64,000 bases of DNA, from NCBI GenBank assembly GCA_045648885.1, contig JAZROV010000003.1, positions 3,179 through 67,178 of the forward strand, in the 5' to 3' direction. The stretch comes from Candidatus Enterousia sp. Its GTDB lineage: Bacteria > Pseudomonadota > Alphaproteobacteria > Rs-D84. Shown here one piece after another: positions 24,461 to 35,032 of this stretch. Each line of letters opens with the position of its first letter. The first letter of the stretch is position 1. The position numbers and the translations under genes are program-made. The notes beneath the pieces were generated by a model that saw only the letters and a program-made list of their open reading frames with translations, searched no databases and had not been told where the DNA came from.

Positions 24461-24826
24461 TTACAACAAATCGCTTGCTTGGTTTAACAAATCAATAACA
24501 GCATCAATTTCGTCGGAATCAATTTTTTTAGAATTTTTTTCGATTTTTTGAGGCACCACATCCTGAACTTCAATTTCTGAAAATTCGCCGCTGTGCATCA
24601 TTTTTTTAACACCGGCAATTGTCATTCCACGGTCATAAAGCAATGTTTTAATCGTTGCAATTTTTTCAACGACTTCAGGACGATAATAACGTCGACCCGC
24701 TGCACCAGTTGTTGGCTTTATCAGTCCACCAAATTGTTTTTCCCAATACCGCAAAGTATGCGCAGGTATGTCCAAACGTTTTGCGACTTCGTTTATCGGA
24801 ACAAAATACAAATCGTTATTTTCCAT
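24461..24826 (-). CDS. MerR-family transcriptional regulator
   Basis: HTH block INEVAKRLDIPAHTLRYWEKQF...GRRYY. Confidence 0.8.
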   Translation of the reverse strand: MENNDLYFVPINEVAKRLDIPAHTLRYWEKQFGGLIKPTTGAAGRRYYRPEVVEKIATIKTLLYDRGMTIAGVKKMMHSGEFSEIEVQDVVPQKIEKNSKKIDSDEIDAVIDLLNQASDLL

Positions 24827-24847
24827 GACCTGCGCATTCCTTTGTTT

Positions 24848-27631
24848 TTATTCATTCATTCCGTTGTCAACGGCGGAATCTGTCGTTGACACGGTTTCAG
24901 TATTTTCTGTTGTTGTTTCAATTTCATCACTTTCTTCTTCGTGATCAATTGAAATAGCAGATACAACTTTTTCCCCATCAGCAGTGCGGAACAATGTCAC
25001 ACCAGCGGTCGAACGACCTGCGATGCGAACATCCCGAACCGGCGTACGAATAATTTTTCCACCGTTTGTCACCATCATAACATCCTGGGTGTCGCGCACA
25101 GGGAATGAACCTGCGACCGCAGTATTTTTTCCGCCCAATTTGATATTAGTGAATCCGCCGCCACCACGATGTGTCAAACGATATTCATACGAAGATGTCC
25201 GTTTGCCAAACCCATTTTCAGAAATTGTTAAAATGAATTCTTCGCGCAAAGCCATTTTCGCCATTTGTTCATCGCTTAATACCAACGTGGTATTTTCTTC
25301 TTCGGCGTCGGCTTCTTCTTCTATACCGGTCATTGCGCGGCGCAATGCACGACTTTGTTTAACATATGCCGCACGCACCACAGAATCAGATTCACCATGA
25401 TTTAACATCGCCATACCGATTACATAATCATCTTTCTGTAAAGTAATTCCGCGAACACCGGTTGAATTGCGGCCTGCAAAGATACGAATTTCAGGAACTG
25501 CGAAACGTATGCAGCGACCACGATATGTTGACAAGAATACATCTTGGTCTTCGTTACATGGCATCACAGAAATCAAAGTGTCACCTTCGTCTAATTTCAT
25601 CGCGATTTTTCCGTTGCTGCGTATTGAATCAAAATCAGACATACGATTACGACGCACCGTTCCAGACGCAGTCGCAAACATCAAGAAATGTTCTTTGCCA
25701 GATTCTTGGGCGCGTTTAACTTCGTCTTCTGGCACTGGCAAAATCGCAGTTATTGTTTCGCCATCTGTCAATGGCAACAAATTCACCAGTGGACGGCCCT
25801 TGCCTGCTGCGGATGCTTCTGGTAATTTATAGGTTTTTAATTTATAGCACAACCCCTTAGACGAAAAGAACAACAATGGTGTATGAGTATTTGCAACAAA
25901 TACGTTCACAACATAATCATCATCTTTTGTTGTCATCGCATTGCGTCCCTTTCCGCCACGTTTTTGTGCGCGGTATGTATCCAGGCTTACGCGTTTGATA
26001 TAGCCTGTATTTGATACAGTGACGACCATATCTTCACGTGCGATTAAATCTTCGATATCGATATCAATTTCTGCATCAGAAATTTCTGTGCGACGTGGTT
26101 GTGACCAATTATCACGCACCGCAGTCGTTTCATCGCGAATGATTTGAACAATGCGTTCATGACTACCCAATATCGCCAATAAATCTTTAATTGTTGCGCC
26201 TAATTCAGTTAAATCATTATGAATTTTATCGCGTTCCAGACCGGTTAAACGATGCAATTGCAATTCCAAGATTGCTTTGGCCTGGTCTTCAGACATATAA
26301 AACATACCATCTTTGTATTCTGTATTCGGGTCATCAATTAAATTGATATAAGATTCAATATCAGACGCCGCCCAACCACGCGCAACCAATGCAGCACGCG
26401 CATCGTCTGGGTTTGCAGATTCTTTTATCAATTTGATAACTTCGTCTAAATTACCGCACGCAACCGACAACCCCAACAAAGTATGTGCACGATTACGCGC
26501 TTTGTTCAAATCAAAAATAGTACGGCGACGAATGACTTCTTCACGGAATTCAATGAATGCGTCCAATACAGTCCGCACAGTGAACAACATAGGACGTCCA
26601 CGATTCAACGCCATCATATTCACCGGGAAATTAGATTGCATTTCTGTATCTTGGAACAAATGATTTAATACAACATCTGATATCGCATCACGTTTCAATT
26701 CTATGACAACACGCAAACCTTCTTTGGATGATTCATCACGGATATCAGAGATTCCTTCGATGCGTTTATCTTTCACCATTTCGGCAATTTTTATAATCAA
26801 TTGCGCTTTGTTCACCTGGTACGGTAATTCATCGATAATTATCGCAGGATGATCATGTATTGTTTCGAAATGCGTTTTAGAACGAACTATGATAGAACCA
26901 CGACCTGTTGTGTGCGCTTTATATGCACCGGCATGCCCCATGATAATTCCACCTGTTGGAAAATCGGGCCCTGGGATAATAGAAAACAATTCATCGTCTG
27001 AAATTTCTTTGTTATCCAAAATAGCCAAAATACCGTTGCACACTTCACCCAAATTATATGTCGGAACATTTGTCGCCATACCAACCGCAATACCCGAACC
27101 ACCATTCACCAAAAAGTTTGGAAATTTAGTTGGCAATACAATTGGTTCCTGTAATGTGCCGTCAAAATTCGGTTGCCAATCAACAGTGTCTTTGTCCAAA
27201 TCTTCCATCAATGATGCACCAAGTTTAGACAAACGTGCCTCTGTATAACGCATAGCCGCCGGTTTATCACCATCGCGCGACCCGAAATTACCCTGGCCCT
27301 GGACCAACATTTCACCCATTGAAAAATCCTGGGCCATGCGGGCCATCGCTTCGTAAATAGAAGAATCACCGTGTGGATGATAACGCCCCATAACATCACC
27401 AACAATACGCGCAGATTTCACAGTTGATTTTGTCGCCGGCGCAACATCATTCATAACATACAAAATACGACGATGCACAGGTTTACAACCATCACGAACA
27501 TCCGGCAACGCGCGGTCAACAATAACCGACATCGCATAGTCCAAAAAGCTGGTGCGCATTTCGTGTTCAATCGGAGAAGTTGGCACCCGAATTTCGTTTA
27601 TTTCATTATTTGTTTCATTGATTTCAGACAT
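24848..27631 (-). CDS. gyrA: DNA gyrase subunit A
   Basis: [29 protein letters not shown] ... [23 protein letters not shown]; 927 aa with a C-terminal beta-pinwheel region and an acidic tail. Confidence 0.97.
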   Translation of the reverse strand: MSEINETNNEINEIRVPTSPIEHEMRTSFLDYAMSVIVDRALPDVRDGCKPVHRRILYVMNDVAPATKSTVKSARIVGDVMGRYHPHGDSSIYEAMARMAQDFSMGEMLVQGQGNFGSRDGDKPAAMRYTEARLSKLGASLMEDLDKDTVDWQPNFDGTLQEPIVLPTKFPNFLVNGGSGIAVGMATNVPTYNLGEVCNGILAILDNKEISDDELFSIIPGPDFPTGGIIMGHAGAYKAHTTGRGSIIVRSKTHFETIHDHPAIIIDELPYQVNKAQLIIKIAEMVKDKRIEGISDIRDESSKEGLRVVIELKRDAISDVVLNHLFQDTEMQSNFPVNMMALNRGRPMLFTVRTVLDAFIEFREEVIRRRTIFDLNKARNRAHTLLGLSVACGNLDEVIKLIKESANPDDARAALVARGWAASDIESYINLIDDPNTEYKDGMFYMSEDQAKAILELQLHRLTGLERDKIHNDLTELGATIKDLLAILGSHERIVQIIRDETTAVRDNWSQPRRTEISDAEIDIDIEDLIAREDMVVTVSNTGYIKRVSLDTYRAQKRGGKGRNAMTTKDDDYVVNVFVANTHTPLLFFSSKGLCYKLKTYKLPEASAAGKGRPLVNLLPLTDGETITAILPVPEDEVKRAQESGKEHFLMFATASGTVRRNRMSDFDSIRSNGKIAMKLDEGDTLISVMPCNEDQDVFLSTYRGRCIRFAVPEIRIFAGRNSTGVRGITLQKDDYVIGMAMLNHGESDSVVRAAYVKQSRALRRAMTGIEEEADAEEENTTLVLSDEQMAKMALREEFILTISENGFGKRTSSYEYRLTHRGGGGFTNIKLGGKNTAVAGSFPVRDTQDVMMVTNGGKIIRTPVRDVRIAGRSTAGVTLFRTADGEKVVSAISIDHEEESDEIETTTENTETVSTTDSAVDNGMNE

Positions 27632-27803
27632 TACTTTTTCCCTTAGTTTTTCAATACCTAAACCCTAGCAATTTTTACTATTTTGGTCAAGGGATAAAGC
27701 ACAAAAACATCAACATTTTTTCAATAAAATTCAACCTATACAAAAACTTGACAAACATTCATTGCGTGCTAAAATATTTTCAAACAAAAAAGGTAAGAAA
27801 AAC

Positions 27804-27932
27804 ATGACAGCAACATCAACCAGTGGAACATCTGGAATATTTTTACCACTTTGGAAATTGATGGGGGCGATTTTCGTCTGGTATTTATTCGTAGAATTCT
27901 TGAAATCTGTGGGTTTGGTAAAAAGTAAATAA
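27804..27932 (+). CDS. Small hydrophobic ORF (42 aa) upstream of rpmH, candidate only
   Basis: Promoter TTGACA-N16-TAAAAT. RBS AAAAGG before the ATG. One predicted TM helix (IFLPLWKLMGAIFVWYLFVEF). Confidence 0.3.
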   Translation: MTATSTSGTSGIFLPLWKLMGAIFVWYLFVEFLKSVGLVKSK

Positions 27933-27988
27933 AATATTTGCTTTTTCATAAAACGTATGGTTAAATGTAGGGGCAAAAGGATTTAATT

Positions 27989-28141
27989 ATGGCAACGAAA
28001 AGAACATATCAACCATCTAAAACTCGTCGTGTGAAAACACATGGTTTTCGTGAAAAGATGGCAACCAAGAGCGGACGCGATGTTTTGAATCGTCGTCGCG
28101 CAGCGGGCCGCAAACGTTTGGCGGTTTCGGCAAAGAATTAA
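27989..28141 (+). CDS. rpmH: 50S ribosomal protein L34
   Basis: Manual translation gives [50 protein letters not shown]. Not in the ORF track because it is under 60 aa. Confidence 0.92.
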   Translation: MATKRTYQPSKTRRVKTHGFREKMATKSGRDVLNRRRAAGRKRLAVSAKN

Positions 28142-28145
28142 AAAA

Positions 28146-28169
28146 ATCGCCGTTTGGCGATTTTTTTTA
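28146..28169 (+). terminator. Intrinsic terminator after rpmH
   Basis: ATCGCC-GTTT-GGCGAT followed by TTTTTTTT. Confidence 0.7.
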
Positions 28170-28904
28170 TTCCCTTTTTTCCCAATAACAAACTATCTTT
28201 GCGTGTTCTATTTCATCGGTCATTATTTTATGATGCGTTTCAGTGTTACCCATTGCAACCTCTATACGCACAGTCGGTGTATTCGGGTTGATTTCATGTT
28301 CGAAATAAATCGCCATTCCACGTAATTTATGTTCATTTCGGAAATTAAAGCCGACCGATTCGGTTGCCCATACCGCATAGACCGCATTATTTATATGTTG
28401 GTTCACATCGATATCATCAAAACGACATCCAATAACACTGGATTTAGTCGGAACAAAATCTGGACATTTATCAAAATCGCGTTCCCAGACACGTTCTGGT
28501 AATCCGGTCCATTCTGGGAACCAATCGGAAATACGAACCGGACGACGCGTACGCAAATCTATCAGCACCCATTGACTGATTGCGCGAATTTTTAATTTAC
28601 CGTTTTCGTCGCGCACTTCAAAATCACGTTCAGATTTCACAGCCCCTGATACAGATGGCCATGTTGAATACGTCAATTGATCACCAGTGCGTGGCATTTC
28701 AATAATATCTATGAAATAATGCGTGACAACCCAAGCAATGCTGTTTTCCAAACAATATTCACGACCTGCCCCCAACATAGTCGCATGTTTATCAGCCAAA
28801 CCCTGCAATTCATTCATCAACATAATTGGCCGCATAAAACCATAGCGATCACATTGATATGCTTTTAACGCATGCGTTTCAACTAATTTTGATACCATCT
28901 CCAT
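28167..28904 (-). CDS. Acyl-ACP thioesterase (FatA/B-type hotdog-fold family)
   Basis: Family-typical layout, with YQCDRYGFMRPIMLMNELQGLADKH...SIAWVVTHYFIDI in the N-terminal hotdog and DIDVNQHINNAVY in the second. Confidence 0.7.
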   Translation of the reverse strand: MEMVSKLVETHALKAYQCDRYGFMRPIMLMNELQGLADKHATMLGAGREYCLENSIAWVVTHYFIDIIEMPRTGDQLTYSTWPSVSGAVKSERDFEVRDENGKLKIRAISQWVLIDLRTRRPVRISDWFPEWTGLPERVWERDFDKCPDFVPTKSSVIGCRFDDIDVNQHINNAVYAVWATESVGFNFRNEHKLRGMAIYFEHEINPNTPTVRIEVAMGNTETHHKIMTDEIEHAKIVCYWEKRE

Positions 28905-28927
28905 TCCCTCCTTGTTAACAGGTTGGT

Positions 28928-31333
28928 TTATTTTTCACTGTTATCTTGCATGACAACAAAATCAATTTCTTTGCCCAATACCAATTCATTTGCGCGCGCC
29001 GCAGATTTAATCAGGCCGTGCAAAATTTCAGGTGTATCATCTGGAATCGTCAAAGATTCTAATTTTGCACCATTTCCGATTTTGCGTTCTGTGCGCAAAC
29101 CGCGAACTGTTTTCAAAATATTCAGCGCGATTCCCATTTGTGAAACATCTGTATCGTATTCAGCACGCACAGACGGGTATTGCGTCAAATGCAGAGTTTC
29201 GCCACCCTCTATATCTTTGTAAATCTTTTGCCATAATTCTTCGGTGACAAATGGAATAAATGGCGCATATAAACCAATTATCGCACGCAACACAGTGAAC
29301 AATGTCCATTGTGCAGACAATTTTGATTCAGCACTGTATTTTTCAGGCGACCAAAATCTGTCTTTGATAAATTCAATATATTGGTCGCAGAAGATATCCC
29401 AGAAAAACGTATCTATTGCACTGCGCGCGTTATAGTTATCATATTTGTCCAGGTTTTTCCGTGTATCTGCAATCGTTTTGTTTAATTCAGATAACACCCA
29501 TCTGTCTTCGACGAAACGTTTTTCAACAGGGATGTCTTTGGCTGTTTTTGAATCAAAATCAGTCAAATTCATCAAAACAAATTTTGCCACATTCCATAAT
29601 TTTGTTAAAAGTTTTGAACCGCGTTTTACTTCGTCATCACTGTATCTTAAATTCGTTCCAATCGGGGCGGTTGCAATCCAATAACGCACTGCATCAGAAC
29701 CAAATTTAGCAATCGCATCCAATGGATCTGTACCGTTGCCTTTGGTTTTAGACATTTTTTGTCCTTTGGAATCTAAAACTAATCCGTGGAAATTCACCGT
29801 ATGGAACGGGACATCACCCATCACATACATCCCCATCATAACCATACGCGCAACCCAGAAAAATATAATGTCAGCAGCAGTGTACAACAAATCTGTTGGA
29901 TAATATTTTTTCAATTCCAAAGTATCATCTGGCCAACCCAGCGTTGAAAACGGCCACAATCCAGACGAAAACCAAGTATCCAAAACATCTGTATCTTGTG
30001 TTAATTTTTTACCGCCAGATTGTTTGATTGCTTCATCTTCGGTTTCGGCAACATAGACGTTCCCTTTGTCGTCATACCACGCAGGTATATGATGTCCCCA
30101 CCACAACTGACGAGAAATAGTCCACGGACGAATTTCACGCATCCATGCCATAAATAAATTATATCTGTGTTCTGGTAAAAACTTTATTTTGCCGGATTCG
30201 ACCGCTTTGATTGCAGGCTGGGCAAGTTTTTCAGCATCCACAAACCATTGCGTAGTCAACATTGGTTCGACCGGCACACCACCACGTTGAGAATATGGTG
30301 TTGGAATGATTTTATCTTCGATTTTTGTCATTAAACCTGCGGCTTCGATATCTTCGACAATTGCTTTGCGAGCGACATATCGATCCATACCACGATATTT
30401 TTCAGGCACCACTTCATTATCATTCAATTTTGCATCTGGTGTTAAAATGCAAAGCGGTTCCAGATTATGACGCAAACCAACTTCATAGTCATCAAAATCG
30501 TGTGCAGGTGTAATTTTCACCGCACCTGTTCCTTTTTCAGGGTCTGCATGAACATCGCCAACAATTGGAATTTCGATATTTGTCAATGGAATAATCGCAT
30601 GTTTACCAATTAAATGTTTTAATTTTTCATTTTCTGGATGAATTGCAATTGCTTTATCCCCAAATAAAGTTTCAGGACGTGTTGTTGCAATTTCAACAAA
30701 ACCACCATCAACCAATGGATAATTGAAATAATAAAATTTACCATGTTCTTCACGCGTTTCAATTTCCAAATCTGAAACAGATGTTTGTTGTTTCGGACAC
30801 CAATTAACCAGACGTTTTGCGCGATAAATCAAACCTTCGTTGTACATCTTTACAAACAATTTAGTGACTGCGCGCGATAAACCTTCGTCCATTGTGAAAC
30901 GTTCGCGTTTCCAAACAGGCGTCACACCTAAAATATGCAATTGATTTAAAATTTGACCACCTTTGTCCGCTTTCCACTTCCACGCATAATCTAATTTTTC
31001 AGCCAACGACAACGAATGCGGATTTATTCCACGTTTAGACAAATCGCGTTCAACCAACAACTGGGTCGCAATTGAAGCATGGTCAGTTCCCGGCTGCCAT
31101 AACACATCGAAACCGTCCATACGTTTATATCTGCAAATGATATCAGTCAAAACATTATCCAACGCGTGTCCCATATGCAAATTGCCCGTCACATTTGGTG
31201 GTGGCATCATGATACAGAACGGTTTTTTAGACGATTTTACATCATTTTTCCAAAAATCGTTTGAATCCCAAAAATTCTGGATTTTTGTTTCTAATTCGCG
31301 AGTGTCTATATTTTTACCTAAATCGATATTCAT
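28928..31333 (-). CDS. valS: Valine--tRNA ligase
   Basis: PPPNVTGNLHMGHA (HIGH) and KMSKTKGN (KMSKS) motifs. Start placed at ATG 31333 (MNIDLGKNIDTRELETKIQNFW) with RBS AAGGAA. The 66-codon upstream extension of the tracked ORF looks spurious. Confidence 0.95.
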   Translation of the reverse strand: MNIDLGKNIDTRELETKIQNFWDSNDFWKNDVKSSKKPFCIMMPPPNVTGNLHMGHALDNVLTDIICRYKRMDGFDVLWQPGTDHASIATQLLVERDLSKRGINPHSLSLAEKLDYAWKWKADKGGQILNQLHILGVTPVWKRERFTMDEGLSRAVTKLFVKMYNEGLIYRAKRLVNWCPKQQTSVSDLEIETREEHGKFYYFNYPLVDGGFVEIATTRPETLFGDKAIAIHPENEKLKHLIGKHAIIPLTNIEIPIVGDVHADPEKGTGAVKITPAHDFDDYEVGLRHNLEPLCILTPDAKLNDNEVVPEKYRGMDRYVARKAIVEDIEAAGLMTKIEDKIIPTPYSQRGGVPVEPMLTTQWFVDAEKLAQPAIKAVESGKIKFLPEHRYNLFMAWMREIRPWTISRQLWWGHHIPAWYDDKGNVYVAETEDEAIKQSGGKKLTQDTDVLDTWFSSGLWPFSTLGWPDDTLELKKYYPTDLLYTAADIIFFWVARMVMMGMYVMGDVPFHTVNFHGLVLDSKGQKMSKTKGNGTDPLDAIAKFGSDAVRYWIATAPIGTNLRYSDDEVKRGSKLLTKLWNVAKFVLMNLTDFDSKTAKDIPVEKRFVEDRWVLSELNKTIADTRKNLDKYDNYNARSAIDTFFWDIFCDQYIEFIKDRFWSPEKYSAESKLSAQWTLFTVLRAIIGLYAPFIPFVTEELWQKIYKDIEGGETLHLTQYPSVRAEYDTDVSQMGIALNILKTVRGLRTERKIGNGAKLESLTIPDDTPEILHGLIKSAARANELVLGKEIDFVVMQDNSEK

Positions 31334-31471
31334 TTGTATATTCCTTAAGTGTTTCAATATGCTGAGAATCTTACACGATAAAAATCGCAAAATCAAGTTA
31401 TTGCATCTGTTCCTAGTGAAAAATAGATAAAAAACAAATATCATTATGTCGACATGAAAAAGGGGAAAAAT

Positions 31472-31834
31472 ATGAACAAAGTTATCAAAATGTTGATTAA
31501 AGAAATCATTCATAATAACCTTTTGGCTCATATAAAAACAGCCAGTGGCGACCGTTATGTAATTTTTGCGCCAAATGGGACTGAAATATTATCCATAGAT
31601 AATGGCTGGGCAAAAAATAATTACAGTATATCTGTGAATAATAAAATTATTTTATCTGTCCGTTGGGACGAATCAAATTCAAGACCTTTGAACCATGACC
31701 AAAAAGATATGTTAGATATCATCAACACTTCCAAAGAAAAAATGGATTTGCAAGAAACTGCACAAACTATGAATGGTTCAGAACTTGAAACCGCTAATTT
31801 TTTACAAAAATTTTTGTGCGATATAAAAAAATAA
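31472..31834 (+). CDS. Hypothetical protein (120 aa)
   Basis: RBS AAAAGGGG before ATG 31472. The tracked ORF starts at 31454. Confidence 0.5.
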   Translation: MNKVIKMLIKEIIHNNLLAHIKTASGDRYVIFAPNGTEILSIDNGWAKNNYSISVNNKIILSVRWDESNSRPLNHDQKDMLDIINTSKEKMDLQETAQTMNGSELETANFLQKFLCDIKK

Positions 31835-31838
31835 AAAA

Positions 31839-32561
31839 TTAAATCGAATGAACAACACGACAAAAAGAAACCGCGTATACGGCGGATGCGCCGGCTTTGC
31901 GCAAAATACGATTTAATTCATAAAATGTTGCGCCCGATGTCATAACATCATCAACCAATAAAATTTTTTTATTCTTTATTTTATCTTTATCAATAATTTT
32001 AAACACACCACGAACATTTTCACGACGCTGTTTTGTAGTTTTATGCCCCATGTCTGGTTTATATTTTCGACGCAAAGAATTAACGTCTAAAACCGCATTA
32101 AAATGTTTAGCAATTGGACGTGCCAAAAGGGTCGCCTGGTTATATCCACGTTTAAATAAACGTTGCCACGCTAATGGCACAGGCATCACAACATCAACAT
32201 CTAAATCGATGTCGCGCAACGCATTTATCATCGCACGTGACATCATTGTCTGGTATTTTAATTGAGACGCATGTTTAAACGGCAACATTATATTTTTCGA
32301 AACATCATCATATACACATGCAGACCGAATAAAATCTAAATCACATTCACCGGCTGCACAATGCGGACACATTGGTTTTGGACCTAAATCTAAATCGGCA
32401 GGAAACGGATATCCACATTTAAAGCATTTTGGATTTGATATCCAATTAAATAAATTCCAACACCGCGCACAAATCGTTCCGTGCGAATCAACATAATCTC
32501 CACAAATCGGACAAATTGGCGGATATAAAAAATTTAAAAAACGATTAAAGATTTTTACCAC
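31839..32561 (-). CDS. comF: ComF-family phosphoribosyltransferase-like protein
   Basis: N-terminal Cys-rich zinc-finger-like region (CPICG...CARC...CFKCG...CPHC) and the C-terminal PRTase motif ILLVDDVMTSGAT. Confidence 0.8.
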   Translation of the reverse strand: MVKIFNRFLNFLYPPICPICGDYVDSHGTICARCWNLFNWISNPKCFKCGYPFPADLDLGPKPMCPHCAAGECDLDFIRSACVYDDVSKNIMLPFKHASQLKYQTMMSRAMINALRDIDLDVDVVMPVPLAWQRLFKRGYNQATLLARPIAKHFNAVLDVNSLRRKYKPDMGHKTTKQRRENVRGVFKIIDKDKIKNKKILLVDDVMTSGATFYELNRILRKAGASAVYAVSFCRVVHSI

Positions 32562-33865
32562 GACATACTTTTGTATGTTTTCTTTGATACACTGTCACCA
32601 AAAACATTGCGTTTTTGTTGTGTCAAAGTTTCAAATACATCACCAGAAATAACGCGCAGCACAAAAACATCATCATCGCGCTGTGACAAAACCGGAATTA
32701 TACGTTGTTCAGAAACACCAGTATCGCGCAAAACCTGTTCTACTATCGCCAAACGGCGCGCAGCCAATTTCCGCGCATCCCGCGTATATGTCGCAGATTC
32801 AGGTATCGCAATTTGAATCGCACGTTTTGGATTATTTACAACAATCGACGCAGTCTCACTGAGCAGCGAATAATTATCACGTGATAACCCAGAATCGCCA
32901 TTTAAAAACGATATTTTAACCTCTAGGGGGCGAACGCCACTGGATATCTCAGACAAATCACGTTGCGCAGAAAAACCCTCTATTTCCGAAGTCATATCAC
33001 TGGCCACATCATAACGGTCATCAATTTGATATGTTGATAAATGTTTATTTTCGGATAAATAAGTTTTCTTGAAAGCCTTTTTCAATTCATTCGGCGACAT
33101 ATTTGTCATAGCATTATCACGCGAAACAATGCGTGGTTCAACATCAGATGTTTTAACACTGCGCATGACAACTTCATTCGTTGTTTCCATCGGGACGATT
33201 TCACGACGAACATTTACATTACGCGCAACATCACGACGAACAACATCTTTTTCAACAGCGTCATTTTTCGCGATATTTACAATTTCTGATTTTTTATTAT
33301 TTTCAACAACATCACGTTGCGCAACACTGCGAACAATGGCGATATTTTCTTCTGTCTTTTTTTGACGTTCATTCAAACGCGCGATTTCTTTGCGCAGCGC
33401 ATCCAATTCAGCCAACGATTCCCGCACAGAAATCGGTGTTTCATTTTTTGTTTGTGCAACCACACGTGGGTTATCATTCAATGTTTCTTCGGGTAAAATC
33501 GCATCAGAACGCACAATTGATATTTCGTCCATCCGCGGCATACGTAATGGTGCATCATTATTCGCCCACAAATCAGCACTGGGGCGCAAAGGTTTTAAAA
33601 AATCCCCCGACGAAGAATTATTGCGCGCAACGGTGGTTGGCGTGGTCTTTTTTGCATTACGTGCGACAACTTTTTTTGGTGCGGTCTTTTCAATTTTTTT
33701 CGGCAATGGTGCCACCGAAACATTTTCGTTTTTCACGATTTCTTCACCAAACGCAGCGCGCGCCGACACCGAACCATTTGACACATCAACGACCGGCAAA
33801 TACGCGCCCGCCATGGCATTCGCACATAACAACAAACCAACGAAAGACAATGAGAAACGTTGCAT
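32555..33865 (-). CDS. Secreted protein with a C-terminal OmpA/MotB-like domain (about 436 aa)
   Basis: Signal peptide MQRFSLSFVGLLLCANAMAGA from ATG 33865 with RBS AGGAAGGAAAGG. The C-terminus LEVKISFLNGDSGLS...LAARRLAIVEQVLRDTGVSEQRI fits an OmpA_C-like pattern. Confidence 0.5.
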   Translation of the reverse strand: MQRFSLSFVGLLLCANAMAGAYLPVVDVSNGSVSARAAFGEEIVKNENVSVAPLPKKIEKTAPKKVVARNAKKTTPTTVARNNSSSGDFLKPLRPSADLWANNDAPLRMPRMDEISIVRSDAILPEETLNDNPRVVAQTKNETPISVRESLAELDALRKEIARLNERQKKTEENIAIVRSVAQRDVVENNKKSEIVNIAKNDAVEKDVVRRDVARNVNVRREIVPMETTNEVVMRSVKTSDVEPRIVSRDNAMTNMSPNELKKAFKKTYLSENKHLSTYQIDDRYDVASDMTSEIEGFSAQRDLSEISSGVRPLEVKISFLNGDSGLSRDNYSLLSETASIVVNNPKRAIQIAIPESATYTRDARKLAARRLAIVEQVLRDTGVSEQRIIPVLSQRDDDVFVLRVISGDVFETLTQQKRNVFGDSVSKKTYKSMSW

Positions 33866-33973
33866 AATCCTTTCCTTCCTGATTGAATCATAGAACAAAT
33901 CAGGAAAGCGGTGCAAGCAAAAAAAATACATTTATTTTTACGAATTAAAACAGCGCCCATCTGGGCGCCATTT

Positions 33974-35020
33974 TTATTTCGTAACTACGTCCGATATTTT
34001 TGTGACGGCCAGGTTTTCTACATATGATTTTTTTGCCATTTTATCCAGGCGCGACGGATTATCAAACAATTCATCCAATGTCGCAGCCAACCATTTCGCG
34101 GAAAATTTACCCTGTTCAATTGCAAAACCACCGCCCAATTTAGCAAACGATGCCGCATTTGCCGCCTGGTCAGGGTTGATATTCAACGGAACCAAAATCG
34201 CAGGACGTCCGATTGTTTCTAATTCAATAACTGTGCTGGCACCACTGCGCCCGATTATTAAATCTGCATCAATAATCGCGCCCGCCATGTCGTGAATGAA
34301 AGACAATACATTTGCACGAATTTTATGTTCTGCATAAAAATGTTGTAATTTTTCAACATTCTCGGGCCGCGTTTGATGTGTGATAAATATTTTTTTATTT
34401 TTCATTTCGCTGACTGCTATCGGCACAATTTCATCCAGAATTTGCGCACCCAACGAACCGCCCGTCACCAATAATTTATTTTCATGTTTTAATGGTGATT
34501 TTGATGCATTTAAAAAATCACTGCGCACTGGCAGACCAGTATAAACGACTTTTGCATTGGTTTTCTTTGGCATGCCAGATACGGTTTCAAAACTGGTCAT
34601 CAAAGTTTTAACCCAGCGCATTGTGAATTTATTCGCGCGTCCAATTGCTGCATTTTGTTCATGCAAAAATGTCGGTATTTTCCAAAAATGTGCAGCAAAT
34701 ACCGCCGGCACAGACGCATATCCGCCAAACGCAACCAGTCGGTCTGGTCTGAAAAACATAAAACGAAATACCAACGCGATTGCAGATAAACCAATCTTTG
34801 ACAACGCGAACATTTGTTTGATTTTTGATTTCGCCCCAACGCCCGACGCCCAAACAAATGCCATTTTTGCATTTTCGGGTTTACCATCACGCACCATCTT
34901 CAAAACACGACCATCAGTTGAAATTGTTATCTTATGACCACGTGCCGCCAATTCGTTTGCCACACTGAGCGCGGGAAAAACATGTCCGCCGGTTCCGCCT
35001 GTTGCAATCCAGATTTTCAT
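33974..35020 (-). CDS. murG: UDP-N-acetylglucosamine--N-acetylmuramyl-(pentapeptide) pyrophosphoryl-undecaprenol GlcNAc transferase
   Basis: N-terminal GGTGGHVFPALSVANEL and a typical MurG length of 348 aa. Confidence 0.93.
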   Translation of the reverse strand: MKIWIATGGTGGHVFPALSVANELAARGHKITISTDGRVLKMVRDGKPENAKMAFVWASGVGAKSKIKQMFALSKIGLSAIALVFRFMFFRPDRLVAFGGYASVPAVFAAHFWKIPTFLHEQNAAIGRANKFTMRWVKTLMTSFETVSGMPKKTNAKVVYTGLPVRSDFLNASKSPLKHENKLLVTGGSLGAQILDEIVPIAVSEMKNKKIFITHQTRPENVEKLQHFYAEHKIRANVLSFIHDMAGAIIDADLIIGRSGASTVIELETIGRPAILVPLNINPDQAANAASFAKLGGGFAIEQGKFSAKWLAATLDELFDNPSRLDKMAKKSYVENLAVTKISDVVTK

Positions 35021-35032
35021 TTTTTACCCCTT

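Noticed and set aside
31334-31531. 66-codon N-terminal extension of the valS ORF
   Set aside because: The extension is hydrophobic nonsense-like sequence unlike any ValRS N-terminus. The internal ATG at 31333 has an AAGGAA RBS and starts a canonical ValRS N-terminus.
33181-33867. 228-aa and 167-aa plus-strand ORFs (33181..33867 and 33390..33893)
   Set aside because: They are antisense to the signal-peptide/OmpA-like gene. They have His/Gln/Phe-rich or Ser/Thr-rich nonsense composition and no RBS.
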